A stretch of 64,000 bases of DNA from Epiperipatus broadwayi (lineage: Eukaryota > Animalia > Onychophora): the NCBI GenBank assembly GCA_028023455.1, contig JAQFVV010000008.1, positions 5,146,001-5,210,000 on the forward strand. Direction: 5' to 3'. The notes beneath the pieces are model-generated. The model saw only the letters and a program-made list of their open reading frames with translations. It had not been told where the DNA came from and ran no database searches. Below are positions 38,430-54,260 of the stretch, piece by piece. Position numbers and translations under genes: made by a program. Each line of letters starts with the position of its first letter. Positions within the stretch are counted from its first letter, which is position 1.

Positions 38430-40930
38430 CCCTACCATAATCAAAAGGAAAAAATGTAAATCTGGACCACTGAAATACAAAGAACAACAAAAAGCAGAAA
38501 GGCAGGAATCATCCAAGTTATATAGATCTTTCATCTACTCAATGTACAGTTCATAAGAAATAATCCAAAAGAAAAAAAGCAATGCTCATAATGTTGTTGC
38601 AATAACTTGTAGATTAAAAAAAAACAAGAAATATATATTTTGAATATATAAGAGACAAATATAAATGTGTCTTTTGCTTTTCAAATCAAGACTAGTACTT
38701 TTATCTGGCTTCATTGATTCATTATCTGTAACATCTTTATGAATCAGATATATATTCAGGCATAAATGATTTGGTTTCTGAAGTAGATCCTGTAAATTAA
38801 CTTACAAAAGAAAATGAAAGATCTGTAGAATCTTTGAATATCCATCATGAACAAATCTAAAACAATTTGTTTGCTGAATCTATTTCATCAACTTGATAAT
38901 TTTCCATTTGATGATTATTTACATGAGAGGAAAATTATGAATGATTCAGGCCAAAAACCTGATTCATATATAGCAAATTAAATAAGTACTTATATTGTTC
39001 ATACTGTTTGACCTTTGAGTTTTCAGCACTTATAATTCATTACCCTTTATATCTGGCTTTAATAACTACTGGTATACTATCTAGAGTTTGTCTTTATTTA
39101 AATTGACAATAACATATAACAAACATGTCCAGCAATGATAGCATCTGGATTTTTTTAATTTTCACTAATTAAGGAGAAAGAAGAATTGAACAAAATAAGT
39201 ATTATGATGAGGATTATATACATTATAAAATTGTTAGACAAGCAAGTACTTCCCTTTTTGAAATCATGGAATACTCTGGATAATAAGATTTTGTATTATA
39301 ACATTTACTTTTAGCTGCAGTACAGGTGATAGAAAAATATGGCTCATTTATGGGCAACTTAGTCTACACAAAAAATCAATTGACTAAAACAATATAAAAA
39401 TGCTCAATATAAAGGCCGTGAGAACTTGTTACATGTTAAACAAACAATTTTTAAAATGAATATTAATCATAAAAATATAATTTTGTTCAAATTTATTCAA
39501 CACAAAATAATTCAACCATTAATCAGTTTAGCATTATTAATCAGTATGTCCTTAAAGCTAATATATGTAAACCACTCTCAGTTATGTCAAGTAATGGTGG
39601 TAGCCAATAAGAACTTTTTTGTCTATTAACTGAAACATTTTAGAATCTTAAAATTGATTCCAAAAAATGTTTATCAGATTGTATGGATGGAGTTGCAAAA
39701 TACCATGGTCAGAATAAGGTTTAAAAAATAAAATTACTGATGTGACCGATGGATTCCATGTATAGTGTTATCAATGTGTCTTGAATTTGATGATAACTGC
39801 ATGCCTACAGTTTCTTTTTTTATGTTGCACAAAAATTTAGCAACCTTTGTAAAAATATTGTATGAGAGAATAGCTGTATGGATCAAAGGTGTTGGAAAAC
39901 CTCTGGGACAAAAGAAAATGAAATAATTAAAACTAATTACTTAGACACAATGATCTAGAAAATTCAGTGTAGCATCACTATATGTAAAAGTTTTGGAAAT
40001 GGTATCAGTATTTTTGTAAATCTATTGAAAAGTTTGTCAGTGATACAATATTCAGGAAAAGTTTGATACAGAAACAAAACAAGAAGCATATGTTTCGGTT
40101 TAAAGTATCTTAAAGTGTGAAACAATGCTGACAGCATTTAATTGCTTGTGTATATTTGAAACTACAGCCCTTGTTATTAAGTTGTTGAGTGGTTTAAATC
40201 TGTTATTGTATGGAGTTTAGTAAAATCAATACAACAAAGTTGAAGGAATGGTTAAGAACATTTGATAACACTCATGGCAAAGCATTGAAACTTGTAAATA
40301 AATATAATGACAAAACTTCCCAGTTGAATATGAATAAAAATCAAATTCTGAAAATAGATTCTTTGAAAACAACATTACTAGGTAAGAGGCATAGAAAGTA
40401 AAAAAGAATGTCAGATAAAAGAAAAGAAATTCCTCAGATTTTCTAACTGATTTTTGAATAAATTTTTTTAACCTAAAATGGATCCCCTTGTTCAGTCACT
40501 AAATCCATATTTTGTATTAATGATTTATTCCACTTAAACCATAAACTTAATGCAATGAAAAGCCTTGAAGATGAATCATTGAAAGGTTATTATTAAGCTA
40601 TCTACAAATCAGCAAAGTAGTAATGATGTTGTGTTGTTTTTAATTTTAATGTTTTAAAGCTACTGCTTAATGGGTGGTGAAAATATAGATTCTAGTTACA
40701 ACAACTGTAAAATTTGTAGTATTTTTTTATTGAGTGTAGTAAAGCTTTTGGCATTCAACAGATTTTATAATAAGGATATAGCATCCTTTATAAAGTGATC
40801 TGCACACTACAAGTTTCTTTGGGTTCAATGTGAGATAAGAAATTTACTGCCTGAGAACTTGTAATCATATATACATATATTGCTATCCAGTGAAAAGAAA
40901 TTGTTTGTTTAATTGAACGCAGAAGCAATT
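38430..40930 (+). mobile_element. Decayed hAT DNA transposase remnant (TTF-type zinc finger + RNase H-like core)
   Basis: FIYSKLNKYLYCSYCLTF (TTF finger), GFNNYW, MDGVAKYHGQNK, WIPC, GKRHRK.KRMSD remnants in the expected order; TIRs not found. Confidence 0.6.
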
Positions 40931-42316
40931 ATTTATAAGATCACATAATTACCTACGAGTCTAAATGATTACTTTTGATTTAATGAATTGTATGAAATAT
41001 GCTTCTGAATTACCTATTAATGTGTAAAATGTTTAATTGGAGTAAACTATCATTAAAATTTTAATAAAGTAATTTAAAAATCCAATTATAACAATCTATA
41101 CTACATTTAATATTTACCTTATATTGCCAATAATATCTACAATTATTTAACAAAAATTTTAATAGTATTTGTTTGTTACATATGATTTTTTTTTTAATTT
41201 TATTTATTTCTTATAAAAATTAAATAGTAGTCCTATAGTTGTAGGTGGACCCCCTTTATTTCCTGACAACCTAATATTTTTAGATCTAGTCCACTATCTG
41301 CAAGTGTAGAAAATAAATGAATTACTTAGCCTAATCTTTGCAAATAAGTTGACCTGGATCAGGTCTATATTATGGTTATTATTCTTGTTTTTCTATATAT
41401 AACATTATATATATCTAATTGTGTGTAAATCTGCATTTATAAATTAATACTTAGCAAAAAATATTTGACTGTTTTCTTAGATATTCACTTTTTTTTTAAA
41501 TCAGTGAACCATTTATTTCTGACAAATTAATTCCGGCATTAGATAAGATAGGCATTTAATATCCAGAGAGAAAGTTTAGTTGTTTTTTTTTATGTGCAAG
41601 TTCTTGAAATGTCACTATCCAAGATATTTTGCTGTAATTAATTTTGAGAAGTCAAGTACTTGATTTTCCTCTGTGCTCAAGGTGTGTTGCAAGCTTATTT
41701 AAATTTAATAAAAACTTTTTTAAAAGAAAGTATTATATATACTTCTATATAGTTATATAATAAAATTCTAACTTTCACATAAAGACTTAATTTTATTTTC
41801 AAGTTAAAGATCAAAAGATTATTTTTAATAATATTGGGATTCAATTTATTGCAAATTTAAACAAATGAAAAATATTTAGTAATATTTGTATATATAGATA
41901 TTGTCCAATTTTAAACAAAGTTATATAATTAAATACTTTATTTGTAAACGAAACCACACTTCTATGAAATAGAGTATAAATTGCAATTTTATTTTATTTT
42001 ATACATCAATCTTATTCTTCTTAATAAAATCTTATCACCAATTACTCTTATTTTTTCTTCATATAATTTTATTTAATAGTGTATTAAATGTTTTTGAATG
42101 CATTTTAAACAGTCGATATCAGTGTCTATAAACAGAATGACAAAAATTAAAAACATTGCTCATTGCACACTTCGTGATGAAATGCAATCAATTACGAACT
42201 ATATATAATTATAATATAGTTTACGTACTTACATTCTTAAAAATTATTATAAAATTAAAATTGTAATATTAGTTAAGACAATAAAGCCAATTAATCAAGG
42301 CTTTAATAGGTTTATA

Positions 42317-42614
42317 AATGTAGATAATAACAATCAACCGTTAAGCTATTAATAATCATCTTTATTGTTAAAGGAAGTTGCCTTGACTACATGTTGAGAT
42401 TGTTGATATCTTAAGAGTTGATTGTTATCATTTACATTTGTGGGTTGCCTTGACTACAGGTTGAGATTGTTGATAGCTTAAGAGTTGATTGTTATCATTA
42501 ACATTTGTGGGTTGCCTTGACTACAGGTTGAGATTGTTAATAGCTTAAGAGTTGATTGTTATCATTTACATTTGTGGGTTGCCTTGACTACAGGTTGAGA
42601 TTGTTGATAGCTTA
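42317..42614. repeat. 67-bp minisatellite (about 3.5 copies, 42377-42614) preceded by an inverted partial copy (42317-42358)
   Basis: GTTGCCTTGAC at 42377, 42444, 42511, 42578; upstream segment is the reverse complement of part of the unit. Confidence 0.9.
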
Positions 42615-42875
42615 GTACTAGTTATTTAATTTTAATCACATATTTATAAAAAAATTAGTACATTTGTATATTAATATCAAATGAAAGCATAAGTCACCTT
42701 ATAGAATGTATATGCCATCAGAGAAAAGAAAAACCAGTGAAAATAATTAATTTTTAGAAATTGTGCTTATTTATCAAGTTTATTTAAGCAATATTCTACT
42801 AAAATAAAGGCTTTAGTAAATAGGTATGTTCTATGTTATGCATGGTTGTGAACCACTAATTTACTATACGCATAT

Positions 42876-43040
42876 TTTAAAGTAATATATATTAAGGCTA
42901 CAACCTTAAAACTATGTGCCTAAAAAAGCAACAGTAGGGACCTCTGCAAATCTTTAACACAAGATTTGCAGAAGTCCCCAATGTCATTTTTTTCAGGCAC
43001 ATAGTTTTAAGGTTGTAGCCTTAATATATATTACTTTAAA
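42876..43040. mobile_element. Foldback MITE-like element, copy 2 (46-bp perfect TIRs, whole element self-complementary)
   Basis: 42876-42921 / 42995-43040 perfect inverted repeat; inner CTGCAAATCTT...AAGATTTGCAG stem. Confidence 0.8.
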
Positions 43041-43554
43041 GTAATGAGAATGCACTTTATAAATATAATTATTATACAGGTATTTGTTAATTTAATGTTT
43101 AGCTCGTAAAATTTTTAATAATGCTGAAAATATGAAATTCTGCCATAGTAATATCATTGATAATTATGTAATTATGATGCTTTTTGCCCATATGAAGATA
43201 AGTTGTACTTATTTTCTTTGTTAAACCCTGTGGTGTTTAGTATAATTGTTAGTGTCAGATTTTGGAATGTGAGATCTTTGGATTGATTCCAGTTTTAGTT
43301 TTTCCAGTGTCTGAACTTATTATGAACTCTCAAGCCATAAAACCATTGAATTAAGTATTATTTTTTACTATAAAAAATTAATTTGTAAATATTTATTTAT
43401 TGATAATGTTTCTATAATATTTATGCTTTGCTTTCTGTTTTATAGTTAAAGGTTGTGACATTTAGTTTGTGCATGTTATACTTCATTTGGCTGGATTGTT
43501 TGTTGCTGATGTTGATTCTTGATTTAATATTTTCCAAATACTTTTCAGTTTATG

Positions 43555-44366
<812 letters not shown>

Positions 44367-44677
44367 GCTTTCAAAAAGGCATTTTATTGATTCTATAAAA
44401 GGTTACATTAAAAGTGGTTTACATAATTTTGGTATATACATTGATTTATTCTGTTACATAAAAAATGAATATTTGAATGATATAGTTCAATTTATGGCTT
44501 CTTGAGTTGTTTGAACTTTTGTGACTTGAATGAATCCTTAAAAAAATCATAATAGTTGATGTATAAGTTGCTTTTTTGATCTTTTTGCTGTTTATAGCTT
44601 GTATGCATATAATTAAAAATCTGAGAAGCTATTGAAAAAGTTTTTCTCTAGTATTTTTTGTCAGATACTTAGTGTTG

Positions 44678-47588
<2,911 letters not shown>

Positions 47589-47898
47589 GCTTTCAAAAAG
47601 GCATTTTATTGATTCTATAAAAGGTTACATTAAAAGTGGTTTACATAATTTTGGTATATACATTGATTTATTCTGTTACATAAAAATGAATATTTGAATG
47701 ATATAGTTCAATTTATGGCTTCTTGAGTTGTTTGAACTTTTGTGACTTGAATGAATCCTTAAAAAAATCATAATAGTTGATGTATAAGTTGCTTTTTTGA
47801 TCTTTTTGCTGTTTATAGCTTGTATGCATATAATTAAAAATCTGAGAAGCTATTGAAAAAGTTTTTCTCTAGTATTTTTTGTCAGATACTTAGTGTTG

Positions 47899-48126
<228 letters not shown>

Positions 48127-49836
48127 CATTCTTCTGTAAATGCTATAGCTGGTCAGCTTATTCCTGATAAAGATGGTATTCCAGATGTTACCTTTTGTCA
48201 TGGTTGTTCTTTGATTATTTCTGATATGGCCATGAGGATTAAGTGTTCTGGTCAATGTCAGAAGTATTTTCATTTGTCTTGTACTAAGCTGTCTAAATCT
48301 GATGCTATTATTTTTCAAACAATTGGTAATGGATTTTTTAAATGTCAGGCTTGTAATAATATAACTTTAAATATGAAATTTCCAGATGTTGATAATGAAC
48401 TTCTTGATGAATTGGTAATAGATAATGACTCAACAGAGTCATTGGACAATAACATCATGGTTTTAGATTCTGAAGACAATGAGTGTAACTTGGTCAAACC
48501 TATGGTCTCTGAGGGTCATATTACTAAGGAAAATTCAGATTTGATAATAGTGTCTTCTTCTGATAATACTTCAGTTCAGATTGTTAGGGAAGATTCTCAT
48601 GATTCTAGTGAATTAAATAATATTTCTAAATCTAATACTAGATTATCAGATTTTGTGGAGACAGGTGTTAATTCTACTATTGCATCCACAGGAATGTTTG
48701 AGTCTTTTTCTGTTGATTTAAACTGCATGGATAAATGTGTTAATGATATCATTTCACAACCTGAACATTTTACTTTAGAGGTTTTACAATCTTGTTCTAT
48801 GTCTCTAATTCATTCTCTAATTATTAAGATGTCTCAACTTTGTAATAAATCATTGAATTGTTCTTCTAATTTTTGCAAAGGTATTCAATGCTCTCTTCCT
48901 TCTGTCAAGTCAACTTGTTTTTCCAAAGTGAGTTCACATAAAACCAGAATATTTTACAATAAAAATTTTCATAATAAATATCATGAAAAGCATGATACTA
49001 GTAATAATATTAGTTTATATGCTAGAAAGAGTTACAATAATATAAAAAATGTTGTACACCATAATACTGGTTCAGAGTCTCAATCATTTGTTGAGAAAGA
49101 TAAAACTTGTTATGAGACTGGAGTCAAAGATCTAGGTTCTTCTATAAATCATAGGGATGATTTACTTTTCAAAAAACACATTAAAAGAAAGAATGATTTT
49201 GGGCAGAATATTTCTAAAGAGAATGAGAAACTTGGGCTTAAAGGTCCAATTTCTTATAGAGGTCCTAATAATTCTAATGCATCTTATAAATGGTGGCCTT
49301 ACAGTTCTGTTTCATCAATATATTCTTCTAATACCTCTTCTCCTTTTCAGCAATTTTCTAATAGAAAATTATCAGTTAGGCAGCTTGGTAAACAGGATAG
49401 TTTACCCCATAATTTTAGACTATATTCAAATAAATTTTTTAATAAAAAATTTAATAATTATACTTCTAATTTTGGACAGGATATTTCTAAAGATAGTGAA
49501 AAACTTAGATTTAAAGATCCAATTTCTTATAGAAGTCCTAATAATGGTAACGGTTCATTATTAATTAAGGATAATGATAAATATTATAAATATTTGGTAT
49601 CAAATTTGCCAGTAGATGCTAATTCTTCTGATGTACAGAGATTTTTGGAAGACAAACTTCAGGTTAAAGTCATATGTATTAAGATTAATATGTTTAATTC
49701 TAATATTAGTAGTTTTTTTGTTTCAATTTCCAAACATAAGCGTTTGGAGTTTATTTCGAATCATTTATGGCCTTGCGGTACTACATTAAAAATTTTTTAT
49801 GGCTCTTTGGCTAGTTCATTAATACTTTCTGATTAA
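48127..49836 (+). CDS. LINE B ORF1p: N-terminal PHD finger and C-terminal CR1-type ORF1 domain; 5' start not present
   Basis: CHGC-x10-CSGQC-x3-HLSC...CQAC (Cys4-His-Cys3); C-terminal LVSNLPVDANSSDVQRFL...SSFFVSI...LWPCG. Confidence 0.85.
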   Translation, partial: HSSVNAIAGQLIPDKDGIPDVTFCHGCSLIISDMAMRIKCSGQCQKYFHLSCTKLSKSDAIIFQTIGNGFFKCQACNNITLNMKFPDVDNELLDELVIDNDSTESLDNNIMVLDSEDNECNLVKPMVSEGHITKENSDLIIVSSSDNTSVQIVREDSHDSSELNNISKSNTRLSDFVETGVNSTIASTGMFESFSVDLNCMDKCVNDIISQPEHFTLEVLQSCSMSLIHSLIIKMSQLCNKSLNCSSNFCKGIQCSLPSVKSTCFSKVSSHKTRIFYNKNFHNKYHEKHDTSNNISLYARKSYNNIKNVVHHNTGSESQSFVEKDKTCYETGVKDLGSSINHRDDLLFKKHIKRKNDFGQNISKENEKLGLKGPISYRGPNNSNASYKWWPYSSVSSIYSSNTSSPFQQFSNRKLSVRQLGKQDSLPHNFRLYSNKFFNKKFNNYTSNFGQDISKDSEKLRFKDPISYRSPNNGNGSLLIKDNDKYYKYLVSNLPVDANSSDVQRFLEDKLQVKVICIKINMFNSNISSFFVSISKHKRLEFISNHLWPCGTTLKIFYGSLASSLILSD

Positions 49837-49919
49837 TTTCTTTTGCCCATATTGTCCTTTATTAACATTTTTTTTTCTCTCTCTTGATTATTGTTTGTTT
49901 TTATATATTTTTTGATATT

Positions 49920-51146
49920 ATGTTTGGAATTTATTGTTTTTATATAAACATTCGTGGGATGAGAACTAAGACTGCAAAAATTAAGCAATTCTTCAGTTCT
50001 GAAAATTTTGATATTGTTTTTATTTCAGAAACTTGGCTTACTCAACACATTTCAGATGAGGTTTTTATGGACAATAGATATAAAGTACTTCGAACAGATA
50101 GATCTTCTGATGTTGCTTCCAAGGGTGGAGGCACGCTCATTGCTTTTAAATGTAATTTTATACATAAGTATATTCCTATTTCATCATCATCTTGTGAAGC
50201 TACATGGTGTAAAATATGTTTGAAAAATAGTGTCAAAGTTCTTTTGGGTACTATCTACATAAAACCAACATTATCCTTTTTAGAGTTTAATGAGTTTCTT
50301 TCTATTCTTGAAGATTTTTTAATCAAATATGAATCATATATACTTATTACTGATGATTTTAATATTCCTGATTTATATTTAGGTACTACTATCATAGATT
50401 CAGTCTCTTTTTCACCTAAAGCATTGAGAATGATTTGTTTTTGCAATTTGTTAAATTTAAAACAATTTAATCCATACACCAATTTTAATGATCACACATT
50501 GGATTATATTCTTAGTAATTTTCCTACAATTGAATGTTTAACTACTACTTCTCTTCCCTTTTCCATTGATTTGCATCATCCTCCCTTAGAATTTTATATT
50601 AATATTAAATTTAATAGACTTTGTCCTTTTAAAATTATGAAGAGAAACTACAAAAAAGAAAATTATTTGGGTCTTTGTTTACAATTATCTAATTTTAACT
50701 GGGAAAAATTGTATTCTTCATCTGATGGAGATTTCTGTATGAAGTTTTTTGAACAATCATTTAGTGAACTAATTGACAAATACATTCCTAAAGAAAAAAT
50801 TTTAACTAACCATTTTCCTCTCTGGTTTTCAGTTTCTCTTAAAGAAATTATTAAAAGGAAATCATTTCATCATCGTAAATATTGGAAAACTAAGGACTTA
50901 AATTATTATAACAATTTTATTAATTATAGAAGATTGTCTAAGGTTATATATTATAGAGATTTTCAAAAATTTATACAAAACACTGAAAATCATATTTCTG
51001 ATAATCCTTTGCAATTTTGGTCTCTGGTTAAGGTTTTAGGTATTACAAAAAAAAAATTACAGAGTAATAATTCTAATCTAGCCGCAGATGATTTTTCTCA
51101 TTATTTCTCAGAGCTTTTTAAACATCTCAGTCTTTTACTAATTTAA
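49920..51146 (+). CDS. LINE B ORF2 part 1: apurinic-like endonuclease
   Basis: YINIRGMRTK, FISETWL, DRSSDVASKGGGTLIA, DDFNIP (GDFN position), TLDYI, DLHHPPL. Confidence 0.92.
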   Translation: MFGIYCFYINIRGMRTKTAKIKQFFSSENFDIVFISETWLTQHISDEVFMDNRYKVLRTDRSSDVASKGGGTLIAFKCNFIHKYIPISSSSCEATWCKICLKNSVKVLLGTIYIKPTLSFLEFNEFLSILEDFLIKYESYILITDDFNIPDLYLGTTIIDSVSFSPKALRMICFCNLLNLKQFNPYTNFNDHTLDYILSNFPTIECLTTTSLPFSIDLHHPPLEFYINIKFNRLCPFKIMKRNYKKENYLGLCLQLSNFNWEKLYSSSDGDFCMKFFEQSFSELIDKYIPKEKILTNHFPLWFSVSLKEIIKRKSFHHRKYWKTKDLNYYNNFINYRRLSKVIYYRDFQKFIQNTENHISDNPLQFWSLVKVLGITKKKLQSNNSNLAADDFSHYFSELFKHLSLLLI

Positions 51147-52666
51147 CTGAAAATAATTATCTAGTTGAAGAAAGAATAACATGTGATTCATTTATTGAAT
51201 CTGATGTTGTTTTTGCTATTAAGCAGCTTAAATTACATTCTAGTGTGGGCCTTGACAATATTCCAGCTTTCATTTATAAAGGATGTGCTGAATACATTAC
51301 TTCTCCTCTTTTGCATATTTTTAATTGCTCTTTAGCAAATGGTACTTTTTCTACATCCCTTAAAATTGCTAAAGTTGTTCCTATTTTTAAGAAAGGATCT
51401 AGAGATTCGGTAAGTGACTATAGGCCTATTTCAATTCTACACACTGTTGCTCGAATATTTGAAAGATGTTTATATAATAAAATTATCTTGGATGTCTCTA
51501 AGGTTTTGGCACCAGAGCAGCATGGATTTTTGCCTAATAGGTCCATTGAGACAAATTTGCTAACTATTTTTGATCACATTTCAAATTCAATTGAGAATCA
51601 ATCTAGGTTAGATGTTGTTTATTTTGACATGTCCAGGGCTTTTGATAGAGTTAATCATAAAATTCTTCTTCAGAAGCTTTGTAGGTTAGGTTTTTCCAAA
51701 TTATTAATTAATTGGTTTAACTCTTTCCTTAAGGATAGAATGTCTTGTGTGAGGTTTAATAATAAATTGTCATTACCATATTATTGCTTCACTGGGGTGC
51801 CTCAAGGCAGTGTTCTTGCACCTTTATTATTTAATGTATACATTGATGACCTAAAAACATGCATTAAATTTTCACATCTTCTATGTTATGCAGATGATTG
51901 CAAAATTTTTAGGCATATTTATTCTACTAATGACTGTTTTTTACTTCAAAGTGATATAGATAATTTCTTGAATTGGTGCGAATGTAATTATATAGATATA
52001 AATATGGATAAGTGCTCCATTGTCTCTTACTCTAGAAAATCTGAAATTTTAAGGTTTTCCTACTATATTGGTGATTCTAAAATTATAACAAATGATCATC
52101 AAAAAAATCTAGGAATAATATTTTCCAATAATGGGTCTTTTCATAATCACATTAATTTTATGGTGAATAAATCTCTTAAAATTATAGGAGCTATTTACAG
52201 ATATGGAAAAGCATTTAATAAATTTACAAAGATTAAACTTTTTATATCCTTAGTTCTTCCCATCTTGGAGTATGGTTCAATTATATGGAGTCCTCATAAC
52301 AGTACAGATATCATAAGAATTCAGTCTGTTTTTGACAAATTTGCAAAATTGAATAGTTTAGGTAATGAACACTATATTGATTTACTGCTGAGACGAAAAA
52401 CAAGAGATCTCAAGCTTTTTCATACATTTATTTCCCAGAATATTTCTGTATCTAATTTGCTTTCTAATTTAGGTATTAAGAAACAGAATTATAATACTCG
52501 TACTCACAATATTTTTGAACTGAAAATTTGTAAATCTGATGTATTAAGATTTTCCCCTTTATTTCGTTTACCTAGAACTTATAACAAAGATTTTGGTAAT
52601 GATGATGTTTTTAATCTGGATTTTAAACAATTCACTAAAGTCCTCATAAAAAAATATTATCCTTAA
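51122..52666 (+). CDS. LINE B ORF2 part 2: reverse transcriptase, separated from part 1 by a 1-nt frameshift at 51120-51122
   Basis: Frame open from 51122; DYRPISIL, QHGFLPNRS, YFDMSRAFDRV, GVPQGSVLAP, YADD, LEYGSIIWSP. Confidence 0.95.
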   Translation, partial: TSQSFTNLTENNYLVEERITCDSFIESDVVFAIKQLKLHSSVGLDNIPAFIYKGCAEYITSPLLHIFNCSLANGTFSTSLKIAKVVPIFKKGSRDSVSDYRPISILHTVARIFERCLYNKIILDVSKVLAPEQHGFLPNRSIETNLLTIFDHISNSIENQSRLDVVYFDMSRAFDRVNHKILLQKLCRLGFSKLLINWFNSFLKDRMSCVRFNNKLSLPYYCFTGVPQGSVLAPLLFNVYIDDLKTCIKFSHLLCYADDCKIFRHIYSTNDCFLLQSDIDNFLNWCECNYIDINMDKCSIVSYSRKSEILRFSYYIGDSKIITNDHQKNLGIIFSNNGSFHNHINFMVNKSLKIIGAIYRYGKAFNKFTKIKLFISLVLPILEYGSIIWSPHNSTDIIRIQSVFDKFAKLNSLGNEHYIDLLLRRKTRDLKLFHTFISQNISVSNLLSNLGIKKQNYNTRTHNIFELKICKSDVLRFSPLFRLPRTYNKDFGNDDVFNLDFKQFTKVLIKKYYP

Positions 52667-52862
52667 TTTCATGTGATATATTGCCCTTTTAATTATTTGT
52701 GCATTTTATTGTTTTTCTATTTTATTGGTATTATTATTTATTTATTTTTTTGTATTTTTAATGCTTATTTAGATTTGTATATGATAATGAAATTGCTGTG
52801 CAATCTATAATTGGCTAAATGCTGTTGATATGTACATTAAATAAAGAATTGAATTGAATAGA

Positions 52863-53090
<228 letters not shown>

Positions 53091-53109
53091 ATATGCAATG
53101 TGTACAACT

Positions 53110-54260
53110 GCAATATGATTGTAGATATAATATTCCCAAGCACTGCAATTAACAAAGTCATACATCAAGTATCTAAATGATAAAAATTTTCAAATGATTG
53201 GCAATAGTGATATTGATGCTTAAAAATGGGATGTTAAAAAATAAAGACATACTGTCTTTCATAACTTTTACATGAAGTTATTGTAAAATTTCTACAAAGA
53301 AATTTAGATTCAAGTTGGCAAAAAATCAAGCTAAATTTAAAAGTGAGTACTATATATTAAAATAGAAGTTATAGAAAATATCAGAAGGTGTGAACTACTA
53401 TAATTTATTGAATTTATAAGTTATAAGAAGGTTGATTCTATAAAAATTTCTGATATCATTAAATGTTTGGAATATCAAAAACATAGAGCCGAGATATTAT
53501 CATGTTCTTGAGAATATTTATCAAAATACAACAACGATTACACCATGTTTTGACACTAATAAGATTAATTTAGATAATGTGTTAAAGAAAGTATTTTGTT
53601 TTTCCAACTTTTTTGAAGCCGTTATGCAGGAAATATTTCACTGAGTAAAAAATAAGTACTGATTACTAATAGCATTTTGTAACTAATTGGGTTATTTTCA
53701 CAAATAATGTTTAGAAGCTGAAGCTTTAGGAAATATCATAAGAACTATCTGATGAAAGAAAGGAAGCAGCTTTTAAGTCTTAAGTTAATATTCAATAGCT
53801 TTTCAAAATTAAGTAATAGAAATTGATAATAATGAATTATGAGTAATTAAAAAAATTAAATTTGAAATAGAATGCCTTTAGTAGAAGTAACAATATTTTT
53901 TTAAAAATTGATCTATGCACTTGAAAAAAGTTTTATAATTGGTTTTAATGATTACTATAATAATAATATGAAGATAATAGATTATATAGCAAAGTAAAAA
54001 CAGAGGTGCATTGGAATTAGGAAGAGGTCTAAAGTAAAATACATGAAGTAGAAAATAAATAGCTGTCTCTGACATCATAAAGAGAATTAAGCTGCGAAAA
54101 TGTGTCTGGAATAGATATGCACTAGTAAATTTATTAAAATGATATGGAGATATAAAGCTATAAATCAGATATGTTGAATTAAAAGAAATTGAATTAAATT
54201 CCAAAATCCTTCTATTATCAGTGAACCGATCAGATGCACATGATGATGATGATGATGACA
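53110..54260 (+). mobile_element. Decayed RTE-clade LINE RT and 3' end with (GAT)n tail
   Basis: NDW, NQAKFKSEY, FISYKKVDSI, FEAVMQEIF, VSDIIKRIKLRKCVW remnants; TGATGATGATGATGATGA tail at about 54241-54258. Confidence 0.7.

Noticed and set aside
51114-51125. TTTAAAC as a programmed -1 frameshift site in LINE B ORF2
   Set aside because: The heptamer is out of phase with the upstream frame and a -1 slip places TAA in the A site; a 1-nt deletion or sequencing error is simpler.
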